64,000 nt of DNA. Origin: Planctomycetota bacterium (GTDB lineage: Bacteria > Planctomycetota > UBA1135). The stretch covers positions 72,272-136,271 of the forward strand of contig JAPKBM010000001.1 of the NCBI GenBank assembly GCA_026421205.1. Direction: 5' to 3'. Positions 29,504-38,683 of the stretch are shown piece after piece (the stretch's first letter is position 1; every line of letters begins with the position of its first letter). The notes beneath the pieces are model-generated. The model did no database searches, had not been told where the DNA came from, and worked only from the letters and a program-made list of their open reading frames with translations. Position numbers and translations under genes: made by a program.

Positions 29504-31171
29504 ATGAAATACTTGATCCCCGTTTTGGCAGTCCTTTTGGCTGCACCTCTCGCCGCGCAAGGCACCATGCGCGATCCTTCCCAACTAGACATGGGCCTCG
29601 GTACCGCAAAGTATCCAGCCATTGCTTCCAGTGGAAACACCGCGACCGCCATTTGGATTGAGGACGTCACCAACAATCTTTGGTCTAACTCTTCTGCCGA
29701 CGGTGGCGCAACTTGGGGACCTGCTGTGCGCATCGATGACGATGCAACGGGTGCCCTCAAGTACTGCTACGACACCAATTTGGCTTCTTCCGGCAGCTCG
29801 GTTTACTATGCATGGAGAGATCAGCGTGGTGGTGGTGGGGTAGAAGACGTTTTCTTCACGGCTTCTCATGACGGTGGCGCCACTTGGAGTGCCAACGTGC
29901 GCATTGATGATCTCAACGCCCCAGGCACCGTAGACACCGACGCGCTCAAAATTGCTGCGTCCGGAAACAACGTTTACGTTTTGATGAGGATTAACCGCAC
30001 AGGTGGCGAGGGCCTCTGGTTGGCTTCTTCTCAGGATGGAGGCGTAACCTGGAATCCAACGATCGCCGTCGATGCTGACTTAGGCGACGTGGACCTTGAA
30101 GGCATCTCTGCCGAAGGGGCTGACGTACACATCGCATGGTGTGACAACCGGAACTCCAGCGATGATGACCTCTTTTACACCATGTCTCATAACGGTGGCT
30201 TAAGCTTCATGGGCACGGAAGTCCAATTGGACGCTTCGGGTGCCTCTAACGGCGACATTGACTACAGTGAAATCTGGGTCTGCAGCGAAGGCGGTCTCGT
30301 GGCCGTTTCTTGGATGGAAGACGAACTCCCAACCTCTATGGACGACGAAGAGCTTCACGTCGTAGTTTCTTCGGATGGCGGCCATAACTGGGGCGCAGAG
30401 ACCACCCTCTTGACCGGTGCCGACGCAGACGGCCACTTCATGTCTCTTGGCAATGACGGAACGGATAGCTTGATCGCCGTCACTTGGGAAGATAACCGCA
30501 CAGGTGCCGATGAGATCTATGTTGCTGTTTCTTCGGACGAAGGCGCAACTTGGACAGAAAATCAACTCTCCACCACAGGAGGTTCTTACCCAGTTGTTCG
30601 CTGTAACTCGGTGCACATCGGTGTGACTTGGGCCGGAGACGGTTACCCAGAAAACCCTTACCTGGCAACTTCTCTTGATGGTGGGCTAACCTTCACCGCA
30701 GGCGACATGGCCAAAGGAACGCAAATCGGTGACGCAGACTATGTTGAGCTTGCCATGAATCCCGACGGTAACTTCCACGGCATTTGGTTGTCGGACGATT
30801 CCGGCAGTAACGTTTGCTGGGCAGGCGGCATGGAATTGGCCGGCCCCGGTCACCCGACTTACACGATTACTGGTTTGGTCGCAGGTGGAAACGCCACTCT
30901 CATGGTTACCGGCTGTGCCAACACGAGCAATGTCTTGTTCGCCTACTCCCTGAATGGCGCAGGTCCAACGGCAACTCCTTACGGTTCCGTGGACATGAGC
31001 ATGCCTATCACCCGGATGCCCGTGGCAGCTTGTGATGCAACTGGAACGGCCTCCCTATTGGTCGCCATTCCTAGTGGAGCCGCAGGCGTTTCAGTCTGGC
31101 TTCAGGCCGCTGAAATGCAGGTAAGTGGCGCTGTCGTTCTCACGAACGCCTTGGCCGAAACCATCCTGTAA
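29504..31171 (+). CDS. Secreted Asp-box (BNR) beta-propeller protein with C-terminal accessory domain
   Basis: Signal peptide; seven SxD(N)xGxT(S/N)W(F) boxes. Confidence 0.8.
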   Translation: MKYLIPVLAVLLAAPLAAQGTMRDPSQLDMGLGTAKYPAIASSGNTATAIWIEDVTNNLWSNSSADGGATWGPAVRIDDDATGALKYCYDTNLASSGSSVYYAWRDQRGGGGVEDVFFTASHDGGATWSANVRIDDLNAPGTVDTDALKIAASGNNVYVLMRINRTGGEGLWLASSQDGGVTWNPTIAVDADLGDVDLEGISAEGADVHIAWCDNRNSSDDDLFYTMSHNGGLSFMGTEVQLDASGASNGDIDYSEIWVCSEGGLVAVSWMEDELPTSMDDEELHVVVSSDGGHNWGAETTLLTGADADGHFMSLGNDGTDSLIAVTWEDNRTGADEIYVAVSSDEGATWTENQLSTTGGSYPVVRCNSVHIGVTWAGDGYPENPYLATSLDGGLTFTAGDMAKGTQIGDADYVELAMNPDGNFHGIWLSDDSGSNVCWAGGMELAGPGHPTYTITGLVAGGNATLMVTGCANTSNVLFAYSLNGAGPTATPYGSVDMSMPITRMPVAACDATGTASLLVAIPSGAAGVSVWLQAAEMQVSGAVVLTNALAETIL

Positions 31172-31184
31172 TCGGCCCTGAAAC

Positions 31185-31224
31185 ATAATAAGGGCCAGAG
31201 GTTTCCCCCTCTGGCCCTTATTAT
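31185..31224. terminator. 17-bp perfect stem-loop, probable intrinsic terminator
   Basis: ATAATAAGGGCCAGAGG-TTTCCC-CCTCTGGCCCTTATTAT, 13 nt after the stop at 31171. Confidence 0.8.
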
Positions 31225-31325
31225 CGCCTCACTACCCTCCATTTACCCCGTCTTCTTGCTTGAAAAGCCAGTCATTGCCGTTGGAATTCCGGCTATACTT
31301 CATTCAGGACTCTCAATCTCATTCC

Positions 31326-33026
31326 ATGAAAAATCTCATCCCCCTCGCCCTTCTTTTCGCTCCGACAAGTCTTGTTGCCCAAGATACTGAATACATGATG
31401 TATGGTGGCACGCCGGGCACCGCAGAATGGGAAGTACGCCGCACCGTAGACACTAATTTTGACGGGCAATACACCGGCGCCGATGAAGGATGGCAATTTG
31501 CCTATGACGGCGCCACTCAAATCACCTACGTCGAATCCATGATGTATCGTGAAATTAATGGCGTCCCCGCACTCTACGCCATCGCCGACGGCGACGTCAT
31601 CATCAAAATGGTTGACCTAGACGGAGATGGTCTTGCCACAGGACCTGGAGAGGTGGTCACTTTTATTGACACACGTGCCGCACATGGTGTGACCAACACA
31701 AGCCCTGACGATCTGGACTTCAGTGATGTCACCGGTGAATTGTTCGTCACCAATGACCTTTGGGCAAATGGACCGCAAGCAGGCTCGGGTATCTCTGGAT
31801 ACCTTGACCTCAACGGAGACGGAGACGCCATGGACGCCGGAGAGATGGTTCAACTCGTCGACGCTTTGGGAACCATTACTCTTCAAGAGCCTGCTGGCCC
31901 CGTTGACATAGACATCGGTGACTTTGAGTCCATCATGGTGGACAGTGCCGGCGTCGTAATCTCCTTTGCCCAGCAAGACCTTGCACTCTACGCCTTCCAA
32001 GACCAAAACGGAGACGGAGACGCCATGGACGCTGGGGAAGCTTGGAACTTTTGCAATCTTGTAGGCGACAAAGTAAATCTAGAGCTCAACGCCGACGTCG
32101 CTGCAGGCGTGCTCTACTCCCCAAGCTGTCCTTCAAACCAAAGCAGTGGTTTGTATGCAACCCTTGAAATCTTGGACGTAGATCACAACGCCGACGCCTC
32201 TGGCAAAGATATTTACTGGATCGTGAGCACGGCATCGGCCAATTCTTGTGCTGGCGCAAACGGCTTGATTTACCGTGGTGTTGATGTCAATGGTGATCAA
32301 GACCTCAATGATGCCGGGGAAGTGGTCCTCTGGTTCAACGGCCCCAATAATGGCATCATGGATTACCCTCCAAGCACATTTTACGGGGCGTCAGCTCATG
32401 ATGGAGGCATTGCATTTTGGTCGAACGCTGGACCCATGGGGTCGGGCGGAACTTACGTTCAAAATTCTATCGCCTACCTTGAAGACCTCAACGGTGACGG
32501 AGATGCCATGGACAACCTAGAGCAAACAGACCGCTTCTACTGGGCGCCGGATGGTTGTTACGCAAAAACCATGACCTCCGTTCCAAGTGGTGCGTTCCAC
32601 TCACCCGATGGCCCACAGTTCACCATCTTTGGTAATGCCGGAACAACTTCCGGGGGAACTCAGCCACAAATTGGCAACAATACCCTGCCCTACGTGGGGC
32701 AGACTTTTGAAATCACCTTGACGGATGCTCTACCCAACAACTTCGTCATGCTGTTTGCAGGATGGTCCAACGTCAACAGCACGTACGGACCCCTTCCGCT
32801 TGACTTGACGTCTCTTGGAGCCCCTGGAAACACCCTCTACGCCTCCGTGGATTTCAAAGCTCAGTTCATCACGGATGCTAATGGCGCAGCCATGTTGCCC
32901 ATCGGCCTTCCACCCAACCCAACTCTGGACGGCAGACACCTCTACTTCCAGTGGTACGTGGATGATCCCACCGCAAATCTTCGTGGGCTCACCTTGTCCA
33001 ATGCGGGCGACGCGTTGATGCGCTAA
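31326..33026 (+). CDS. Secreted acidic protein with Dx[DN]xDG Ca-binding-type repeats and C-terminal accessory domain
   Basis: Signal peptide; DTNFDG, DLDGDG, DLNGDGDAMDAGE, DQNGDGDAMDAGE, DVNGDQ, DLNGDGDAMD. Confidence 0.7.
   Translation: MKNLIPLALLFAPTSLVAQDTEYMMYGGTPGTAEWEVRRTVDTNFDGQYTGADEGWQFAYDGATQITYVESMMYREINGVPALYAIADGDVIIKMVDLDGDGLATGPGEVVTFIDTRAAHGVTNTSPDDLDFSDVTGELFVTNDLWANGPQAGSGISGYLDLNGDGDAMDAGEMVQLVDALGTITLQEPAGPVDIDIGDFESIMVDSAGVVISFAQQDLALYAFQDQNGDGDAMDAGEAWNFCNLVGDKVNLELNADVAAGVLYSPSCPSNQSSGLYATLEILDVDHNADASGKDIYWIVSTASANSCAGANGLIYRGVDVNGDQDLNDAGEVVLWFNGPNNGIMDYPPSTFYGASAHDGGIAFWSNAGPMGSGGTYVQNSIAYLEDLNGDGDAMDNLEQTDRFYWAPDGCYAKTMTSVPSGAFHSPDGPQFTIFGNAGTTSGGTQPQIGNNTLPYVGQTFEITLTDALPNNFVMLFAGWSNVNSTYGPLPLDLTSLGAPGNTLYASVDFKAQFITDANGAAMLPIGLPPNPTLDGRHLYFQWYVDDPTANLRGLTLSNAGDALMR
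31812..32032 (+). repeat. 26-bp exact intragenic direct repeat (31812-31837 and 32007-32032)
   Basis: AACGGAGACGGAGACGCCATGGACGC twice, with a degenerate third copy near 32490. Confidence 0.85.
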
Positions 33027-33044
33027 GCAACGGGTATCCTTGCA

Positions 33045-34553
33045 GTGATGCTTGGCCTTGCCCTTCTTGCTGCTTTTCCGGTGGTCTTCCAAGATGCGGA
33101 GGACCATCGGAAACTTTTGGAGCGCGCAACCAACGGCTATGAGGTCACGGACACCTCAAAGGCCTTCGCCGAAGTTGCCGGCGTCAATGCCATGGAGGCG
33201 CGTGTTGAAATATTTGACGCCAAATTGACTATTCGTGGGTGCACACAACTCAGAGACTGGCTTGTCAGTGGAATGAATCAAGCGCGGACCCTGGAGGAAA
33301 CCGACGTTCTTGCCCTTGCCGCAAACAATAAAAAGAGAAGTGAACTCTTGCGCCTTGTTTGTCTTCGTGCTTTGCAAATCACCAAGGCGCCGGTTTCAGC
33401 AAAACATCTCCTCCAAAAGAAATTCCTAAAAGATCCCCAAGACATTCAAAGAGAATGGCAAAGAACCGTGGGAATAGTTCACGCACAAGGTCGGCTGGAC
33501 GCGGGGAATATCAAAGATCTCAACAAAGAAGTGCGCGCGCTCCTTTCCAAAGCCGGAACGCCTTGGAGCATTCTTTGCTCCACGCCCTCCCTCTCTCAAG
33601 AAGATGCTTCACGGGTTGCCGAAGCCATGACCAAGTCAAAGCTCCCCGGGGATCAAGCGGAAGCCACCCGCAATCTTGCGGCCTTCACCGACCATCACCC
33701 TCTTTGGATTTCTGCGGCGAAAAAACTTCTGCTCAACACAGCATGTGGTCCCCGCGTTGCTGTTTTGGAAATGGCAAAAGCGCATTCCATTCACCACCTT
33801 GCGCCACACCTCATCCACGCCTTAGAGCAAGAAGTGCAACGCGGTGGACGCTTTGTGAATGACTTCGCCGCCACCCTTCGCGCCATCACGGGACGGCAGT
33901 TTGGCACCAACCCAGAAAGCTGGGGCCGATGGTGGCAAAGAGAAGGGGGCCAGTTCCTGAAAAACCCAGCTCCGCGAGTAAAGCAAGTGGATGCAACGGA
34001 AAAGGAAGAGCGCACGGTGGCAAGCTTATTCGGCATTCCGGTCGACAGCCTTCGGGTGGCCATTGTGGTTGATGGCTCTGGAAGCATGAATGACCTTTTG
34101 GATGACCGTCCCTGTTTCCAGGCAGCTGCCGAAGAAATGGAATCTTTCCTGGAGAGACTTTCCGAAAAGGCCTACTTCCAGGTCGTTGTCATTGGACGAG
34201 ATCAGAGAGCCTGCTTCAAAAAATCTGTGCTCAACTCGGCAAAAAATCGAAAGGCCGCAGTCAAGTACATCCGTGACTTTGATTACAGCACGGCTTCGGC
34301 AATGCATGACGTCCTTGTAGAAGCACAACGAAATGACATGGTCGACACGATGCTCTTCATCTCTGACGGAGGGGGAAGTTGGGGATCCTACGCCTTTGCA
34401 GGCCACATGGAACCCGTCTTAAAACAAGAATATGAGCGGACTGGTGTTCGTATTCATAGTATTTTTGTTGGGAGTTCCAATACAAAACGACGGTTTATGC
34501 AGAACCTAGCAGACCTTACGTCTGGTATTCTTGTTGCACCTTCTAATTCTTAA
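33045..34553 (+). CDS. Secreted HEAT-like helical + VWA domain protein
   Basis: LRAITGRQFG..W..WW, FGIPV, MIDAS DGSGSM, FISDG; start may be ATG 33048. Confidence 0.8.
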   Translation: MMLGLALLAAFPVVFQDAEDHRKLLERATNGYEVTDTSKAFAEVAGVNAMEARVEIFDAKLTIRGCTQLRDWLVSGMNQARTLEETDVLALAANNKKRSELLRLVCLRALQITKAPVSAKHLLQKKFLKDPQDIQREWQRTVGIVHAQGRLDAGNIKDLNKEVRALLSKAGTPWSILCSTPSLSQEDASRVAEAMTKSKLPGDQAEATRNLAAFTDHHPLWISAAKKLLLNTACGPRVAVLEMAKAHSIHHLAPHLIHALEQEVQRGGRFVNDFAATLRAITGRQFGTNPESWGRWWQREGGQFLKNPAPRVKQVDATEKEERTVASLFGIPVDSLRVAIVVDGSGSMNDLLDDRPCFQAAAEEMESFLERLSEKAYFQVVVIGRDQRACFKKSVLNSAKNRKAAVKYIRDFDYSTASAMHDVLVEAQRNDMVDTMLFISDGGGSWGSYAFAGHMEPVLKQEYERTGVRIHSIFVGSSNTKRRFMQNLADLTSGILVAPSNS

Positions 34554-36382
34554 TGCTCCCCCTCTCCTCCACCCTTCGCCTTAGTGTAATCCTTCTTTGC
34601 GCAGCGCCTTTTTTGCCTGCGCAAGAAATGGAGGTACATTTCCTCAATGTTGGGCAAAGTGATGCCACCCTTGTCATTGGCCCAACGGGGAAAACTTTTT
34701 TGTTTGATGCCGGAAGCAATGGAGATGGCTCAACTACCGTGGTCCCCTATTTGCAATCTCTCGGAATTTCTCAGTTAGACATTGTAGGCGCCAGCCATTA
34801 CCACTCCGATCACGTCGGCGGGCTTGATGAAGTTTGGAACGCGGGCATTCGTGCCGCCGTAGCTTATGACCGTGGAGACTCCAACCACACAGGTACACAA
34901 AGTTTCTATGACTATCGCTCTGCCTATTCTTCCGTCCGAAGCACGGTGCAGCCGGGGCAAGTGGTTGACTTGGGTGGCGGCGCCCTTATGACCTGTGTGG
35001 TTGTCGAGGGAAACCTCATGAATGGGCAAAACGTCAGCCTTTCGGGGTCTTCCCAGTGGGAAAACTCTGCAAGCATCGCATGGAAAGTGGAATATGGTGA
35101 TTTCGATATGTGGCTCGGTGGGGACCTCACGGGAGGCGGCAATGGAACAGTGGATGTAGAAACGAAAGCGGGCATTGCCTGCGGAGATGTTGATGTCTAT
35201 CAACTCAATCACCATAGTTCTCAAACATCAAGCAATGCATCTTTTCTCAATTCCATCAAACCGGAATTTGGCGTCATTCCTTGTGGTCACGCAAACAGTT
35301 ACGGCTATCCAAGACAGGATGTGGTGGATCGCATTACCAAGCCATCGCGCACTATTCCCGTTTGGTCCTTAACGGATGGCATCGGCACACAAGGTTATCT
35401 TGATGCAGGTGGCCATGTGGTTTTAAAAACGGACGGCAACACCTATTCTGCATCTTGTCCTGCGGGTGCCGCATTCACGGCCTGGTGTGATGAGCAAGCC
35501 CCTGCTGGACCGCAAGTGGGTGATGTTGTTCTTGGGGAACTCATGCGCAACCCTTTCCAAGTAGCGGATAGCTATGGGGAATGGCTTGAAGTCACTTGCA
35601 CGGATGAGTCCTCTCCTGTTAGCCTGAAAAACTTAAAGGTTCAGGACAACTACGGCAATACCTTCACCTTGGCTACGCCTATTTTAATGGAAGCTGGGGA
35701 CCCGTGCCTTATGGCCGCCGATGGCCTCCCTTCCCGCAACGGGGGCATTGCACCGGTTGTTGTCTGGCCAAATAATACGCTAAGTTTTTCTGACTCTACC
35801 GGAAGTGTAACACTAAAAAGTGGGTCACTGACCTTAGAGGAAGTGAACTGGACATCCACCTTCCCCGGGGGGTCTGGTGTTTCCGCAGAGCGCGTGGATC
35901 TCTTCGGGGACACAAGTCCGAGCAATTTTTTCGCAGCGACCGGAGCCTATGGCCTCGGTGATAAAGGCTCTCCGGCAGAGACCAATGACGCCGACGGCAC
36001 AATTTGGCCAGGGGTAGATCCTTGGATTGATATTATTCGATACCCCACCCTCGGTGGGCAACTAGAAATGAACTGGTATGCCTCGGGAGAAGCCGGCTAC
36101 CTCTTTCAAGGCTGGCTTACACTCAGTACTTTTCCTGGAATCAATGTTGGTGGAACATATTTGCCAGCCAACCTTGACCAGGCCTACAGCATGACGCAGG
36201 GAATTCCCGGCTGGTCCGGCATTGTTCCTTCGTCTGAGACCATGCCAGTATCCGTGGCTATTCCGAATAATGCGGCTTACCGAGGCCTCGGCATCTATGC
36301 CTTTTTCGCAACTTATACAAACTACCTTGGGCAAATTGGCATTCGAGATTATGCCGTACCCCTATTAATGTTCCTGTGGTAG
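34553..36382 (+). CDS. Secreted ComEC/Rec2-type metallo-beta-lactamase-fold hydrolase + lamin-tail domain + C-terminal domain
   Basis: NVGQSD, SHYHSDHVGG, GGDL, NHHS, YGYP; ELMRNP..GEWLEV. Confidence 0.8.
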   Translation: MLPLSSTLRLSVILLCAAPFLPAQEMEVHFLNVGQSDATLVIGPTGKTFLFDAGSNGDGSTTVVPYLQSLGISQLDIVGASHYHSDHVGGLDEVWNAGIRAAVAYDRGDSNHTGTQSFYDYRSAYSSVRSTVQPGQVVDLGGGALMTCVVVEGNLMNGQNVSLSGSSQWENSASIAWKVEYGDFDMWLGGDLTGGGNGTVDVETKAGIACGDVDVYQLNHHSSQTSSNASFLNSIKPEFGVIPCGHANSYGYPRQDVVDRITKPSRTIPVWSLTDGIGTQGYLDAGGHVVLKTDGNTYSASCPAGAAFTAWCDEQAPAGPQVGDVVLGELMRNPFQVADSYGEWLEVTCTDESSPVSLKNLKVQDNYGNTFTLATPILMEAGDPCLMAADGLPSRNGGIAPVVVWPNNTLSFSDSTGSVTLKSGSLTLEEVNWTSTFPGGSGVSAERVDLFGDTSPSNFFAATGAYGLGDKGSPAETNDADGTIWPGVDPWIDIIRYPTLGGQLEMNWYASGEAGYLFQGWLTLSTFPGINVGGTYLPANLDQAYSMTQGIPGWSGIVPSSETMPVSVAIPNNAAYRGLGIYAFFATYTNYLGQIGIRDYAVPLLMFLW

Positions 36383-36918
36383 TGACTACTCGGGCCATCG
36401 GCGCCCTCCTCTTTCTTTTGGCCTGCAGTATTTCGCCTGCCGAGGGGATTTTCCCAAGAAGAAGTGCTGTGTACACCACCCTGTCCCTCGAGTTCTTCGA
36501 TGCAAAGCAAGGCTGGACCCCATTGATTCAAACCCAAGGCGCAGGCCGCCAAGGCCTCTGGCAAGAATTCGGCATACTGGCCCCGCAAAATGGACCCCGC
36601 ATGTCAGGCAAGGTTCGCTTACTCCCCCGTCGTGGGGGAGATTTTCGCTGGACTGCACAAATTGAAGTTCGACTCTTACCGCACACTTCATCCGGCAATC
36701 TACTCCTTCCAGAAACTTCGTGGAAAAAAGCGTCTTCCAAAACAGCCCACCTTTTGCCGCGCGCCGACGGAACCTGGGATTTTCAAATGGCCTTGCCCAT
36801 GCCCTATCCTTCTCAGATACGCGGCCATCTGCAGTTAGAGCCCGACCCAATTTGGGAACTAGAGCGTCAGTGGCCCGAAGCGCGCCTCTCTTTCTCTGCT
36901 GCTAACCACAAAAACTGA
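36376..36918 (+). CDS. Hypothetical lipoprotein
   Basis: LLACS lipobox; overlaps the upstream stop. Confidence 0.5.
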   Translation: MVVTTRAIGALLFLLACSISPAEGIFPRRSAVYTTLSLEFFDAKQGWTPLIQTQGAGRQGLWQEFGILAPQNGPRMSGKVRLLPRRGGDFRWTAQIEVRLLPHTSSGNLLLPETSWKKASSKTAHLLPRADGTWDFQMALPMPYPSQIRGHLQLEPDPIWELERQWPEARLSFSAANHKN

Positions 36919-37475
36919 TTTCCCCAACTCTGAGTGCCCAAGACCCGAAATCCCGCGCGCTCCGTGACTGCAATAAAGTCCTCTTTCAGAAATCGGCTTT
37001 CCCGGGGGTGCGCCATGCACCGACTCCAGACAGGGTGGTCGATGAATCCCTTCAGTGTCTCTTGAGCATAAAAAATTCCACCCGGCTTTAATATGCGGCT
37101 CGCCTCCTGGATGGCTTCACCCCAGCCCTCCACGTGATGAAGCACATTAAATTCAAAAATAGAGTCAAAGGCGGCGTCCTTTGCTGGGATTTGGCGAATA
37201 TCGGCTTGAGCTAAAGTGACCCGCTGAAGAGACGCACTTTTCTCCCTCGCAAGAGAAAGAAATTTTGCATCGATTTCAAAGGCCCCCAGATCCGTTATGC
37301 CTGATAATTGAGAAAGAGGTTTTAATGCATGCCCAGCCCCACAGCCCAATTCTGCCGTTCGGCCCAGAGGTCGGTGGCGCGCAAGTCGGCGAAGCAAGGG
37401 GATGTCCCACCATCTCTGAACCCACGACCGCATGGAATGGGTGACCAAGTAGCGCTCAAAATCGTTAAGTAGCAC
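36867..37475 (-). CDS. Class I SAM-dependent methyltransferase
   Basis: ELGCGAG, FD, VLHH, RILKPGG. Confidence 0.9.
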   Translation of the reverse strand: MLLNDFERYLVTHSMRSWVQRWWDIPLLRRLARHRPLGRTAELGCGAGHALKPLSQLSGITDLGAFEIDAKFLSLAREKSASLQRVTLAQADIRQIPAKDAAFDSIFEFNVLHHVEGWGEAIQEASRILKPGGIFYAQETLKGFIDHPVWSRCMAHPRESRFLKEDFIAVTERAGFRVLGTQSWGNQFLWLAAEKERRASGH

Positions 37476-37477
37476 CT

Positions 37478-38341
37478 TTAAACGAGTAACTCGCCTAAAT
37501 TAACACCGGTCGCCAAGGCAACCGACAAAGAAAAAAGAAAAAGGGCAAATAGGATCCCCCAAAGAATCGGCACAGCACTGAGTTGAATACGCTTGCCCTC
37601 AATGCAGACAAATACGTATGCCATCGGCGGAAAAATGGAAACCAAGGCAGGCCACCAGAGTTTAAACCGTACAAGCTGTATCAAGGTTTTAATCCAGAGG
37701 CAGGCGCAGAGGAATCCGAATAGCCCGGCAAGCCCTAAGAAGCCAAGGTAAATTCTCCAGGGCGTCACAAAAGACGCATTGGCCAGAAGAATACTTGAGA
37801 CAATCACAAGCCAAACGGCACTCAGGAAATGCCAATAAAGAGCAACCTGAAAATACTGCTCTTCGAAGGCCAGGCCCTTCTTGGACTTTGCATACACAAA
37901 GCCTGTGTAAATCAAGCCCCCCAAAACATGAATGACATGGAGTCCCGTAAAAAAGAAAAAATTAAACGCGTAGAGTGAGCCCGACTGAACCGAAAGGCCC
38001 TGATGAGACAAATCTAGCCAAGCAATGAACTGGAAGACGGTAAAGACGAGTCCGCAAATAAGAACATGGCGAAGGTGCGAGTGAGCCCGTTTCAGATCAT
38101 TTCCCTTCCTGGCCGATCTTGCTTTCTCTACAAAAAACCCAAGAAGCACAAGGGCCGCCGTACTTGCCCACAAAGCGCTCGGGAGACCGGGAAGATTGTC
38201 AGACCAGACGATGGCGCGGGCACGAATAATCCAAAATCCAGCAAGGCCGCTCAAAAACAAAATGCTAAGAGATGCAAGTAAGGCCGCAAGGCCCATGACG
38301 CCTGTGCCTGACGGCAGAGCGCTCTCTTGCTCAACATTCAT
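37478..38341 (-). CDS. Second cytochrome c oxidase subunit III-like protein with C-terminal TM extension
   Basis: FTGLHVIHVLGG, LYWHFL; about 95 extra hydrophobic residues. Confidence 0.8.
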   Translation of the reverse strand: MNVEQESALPSGTGVMGLAALLASLSILFLSGLAGFWIIRARAIVWSDNLPGLPSALWASTAALVLLGFFVEKARSARKGNDLKRAHSHLRHVLICGLVFTVFQFIAWLDLSHQGLSVQSGSLYAFNFFFFTGLHVIHVLGGLIYTGFVYAKSKKGLAFEEQYFQVALYWHFLSAVWLVIVSSILLANASFVTPWRIYLGFLGLAGLFGFLCACLWIKTLIQLVRFKLWWPALVSIFPPMAYVFVCIEGKRIQLSAVPILWGILFALFLFSLSVALATGVNLGELLV

Positions 38342-38682
38342 CTTTTACTTTCTATAAGAGCTTCCACATTGACTTCATTTTCATACGTATCCAAAACGGT
38401 AAAGGCTAAAAAAACCGCAACAAATACAATCGAAATCAAGAAGAAAATCGCATTCAGTGGCCTGTCCCATTTTAAATGCATAAATATGGCGCAGACAAGT
38501 GTTGCCTTGATGCCTGCAATGACCATAGCAATTTTAAGATCCCATCCATGGAAATTCATCTGCCCTGTCCACACCGTTAGACCGGTCAAAAGGAGCAAGG
38601 CTACTAAAACGCCAACGAGCATCTTGAGGGGAAGAACGTGCCCAAGCGCAGGGCCTTCGGAATGGGGGTCGGAATGGCTCAT
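38338..38682 (-). CDS. ctaF: Cytochrome c oxidase subunit IV (caa3 type)
   Basis: IKATLVCAIFMHLKWD. Confidence 0.88.
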   Translation of the reverse strand: MSHSDPHSEGPALGHVLPLKMLVGVLVALLLLTGLTVWTGQMNFHGWDLKIAMVIAGIKATLVCAIFMHLKWDRPLNAIFFLISIVFVAVFLAFTVLDTYENEVNVEALIESKR

Positions 38683-38683
38683 G

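Noticed and set aside
31812-32510. Direct repeats as a possible CRISPR array
   Set aside because: In-frame coding repeats with long irregular spacing, and no cas genes
36867-36918. 52-nt convergent overlap between the lipoprotein and the methyltransferase
   Set aside because: Short 3' overlaps are common in compact genomes; no further signal
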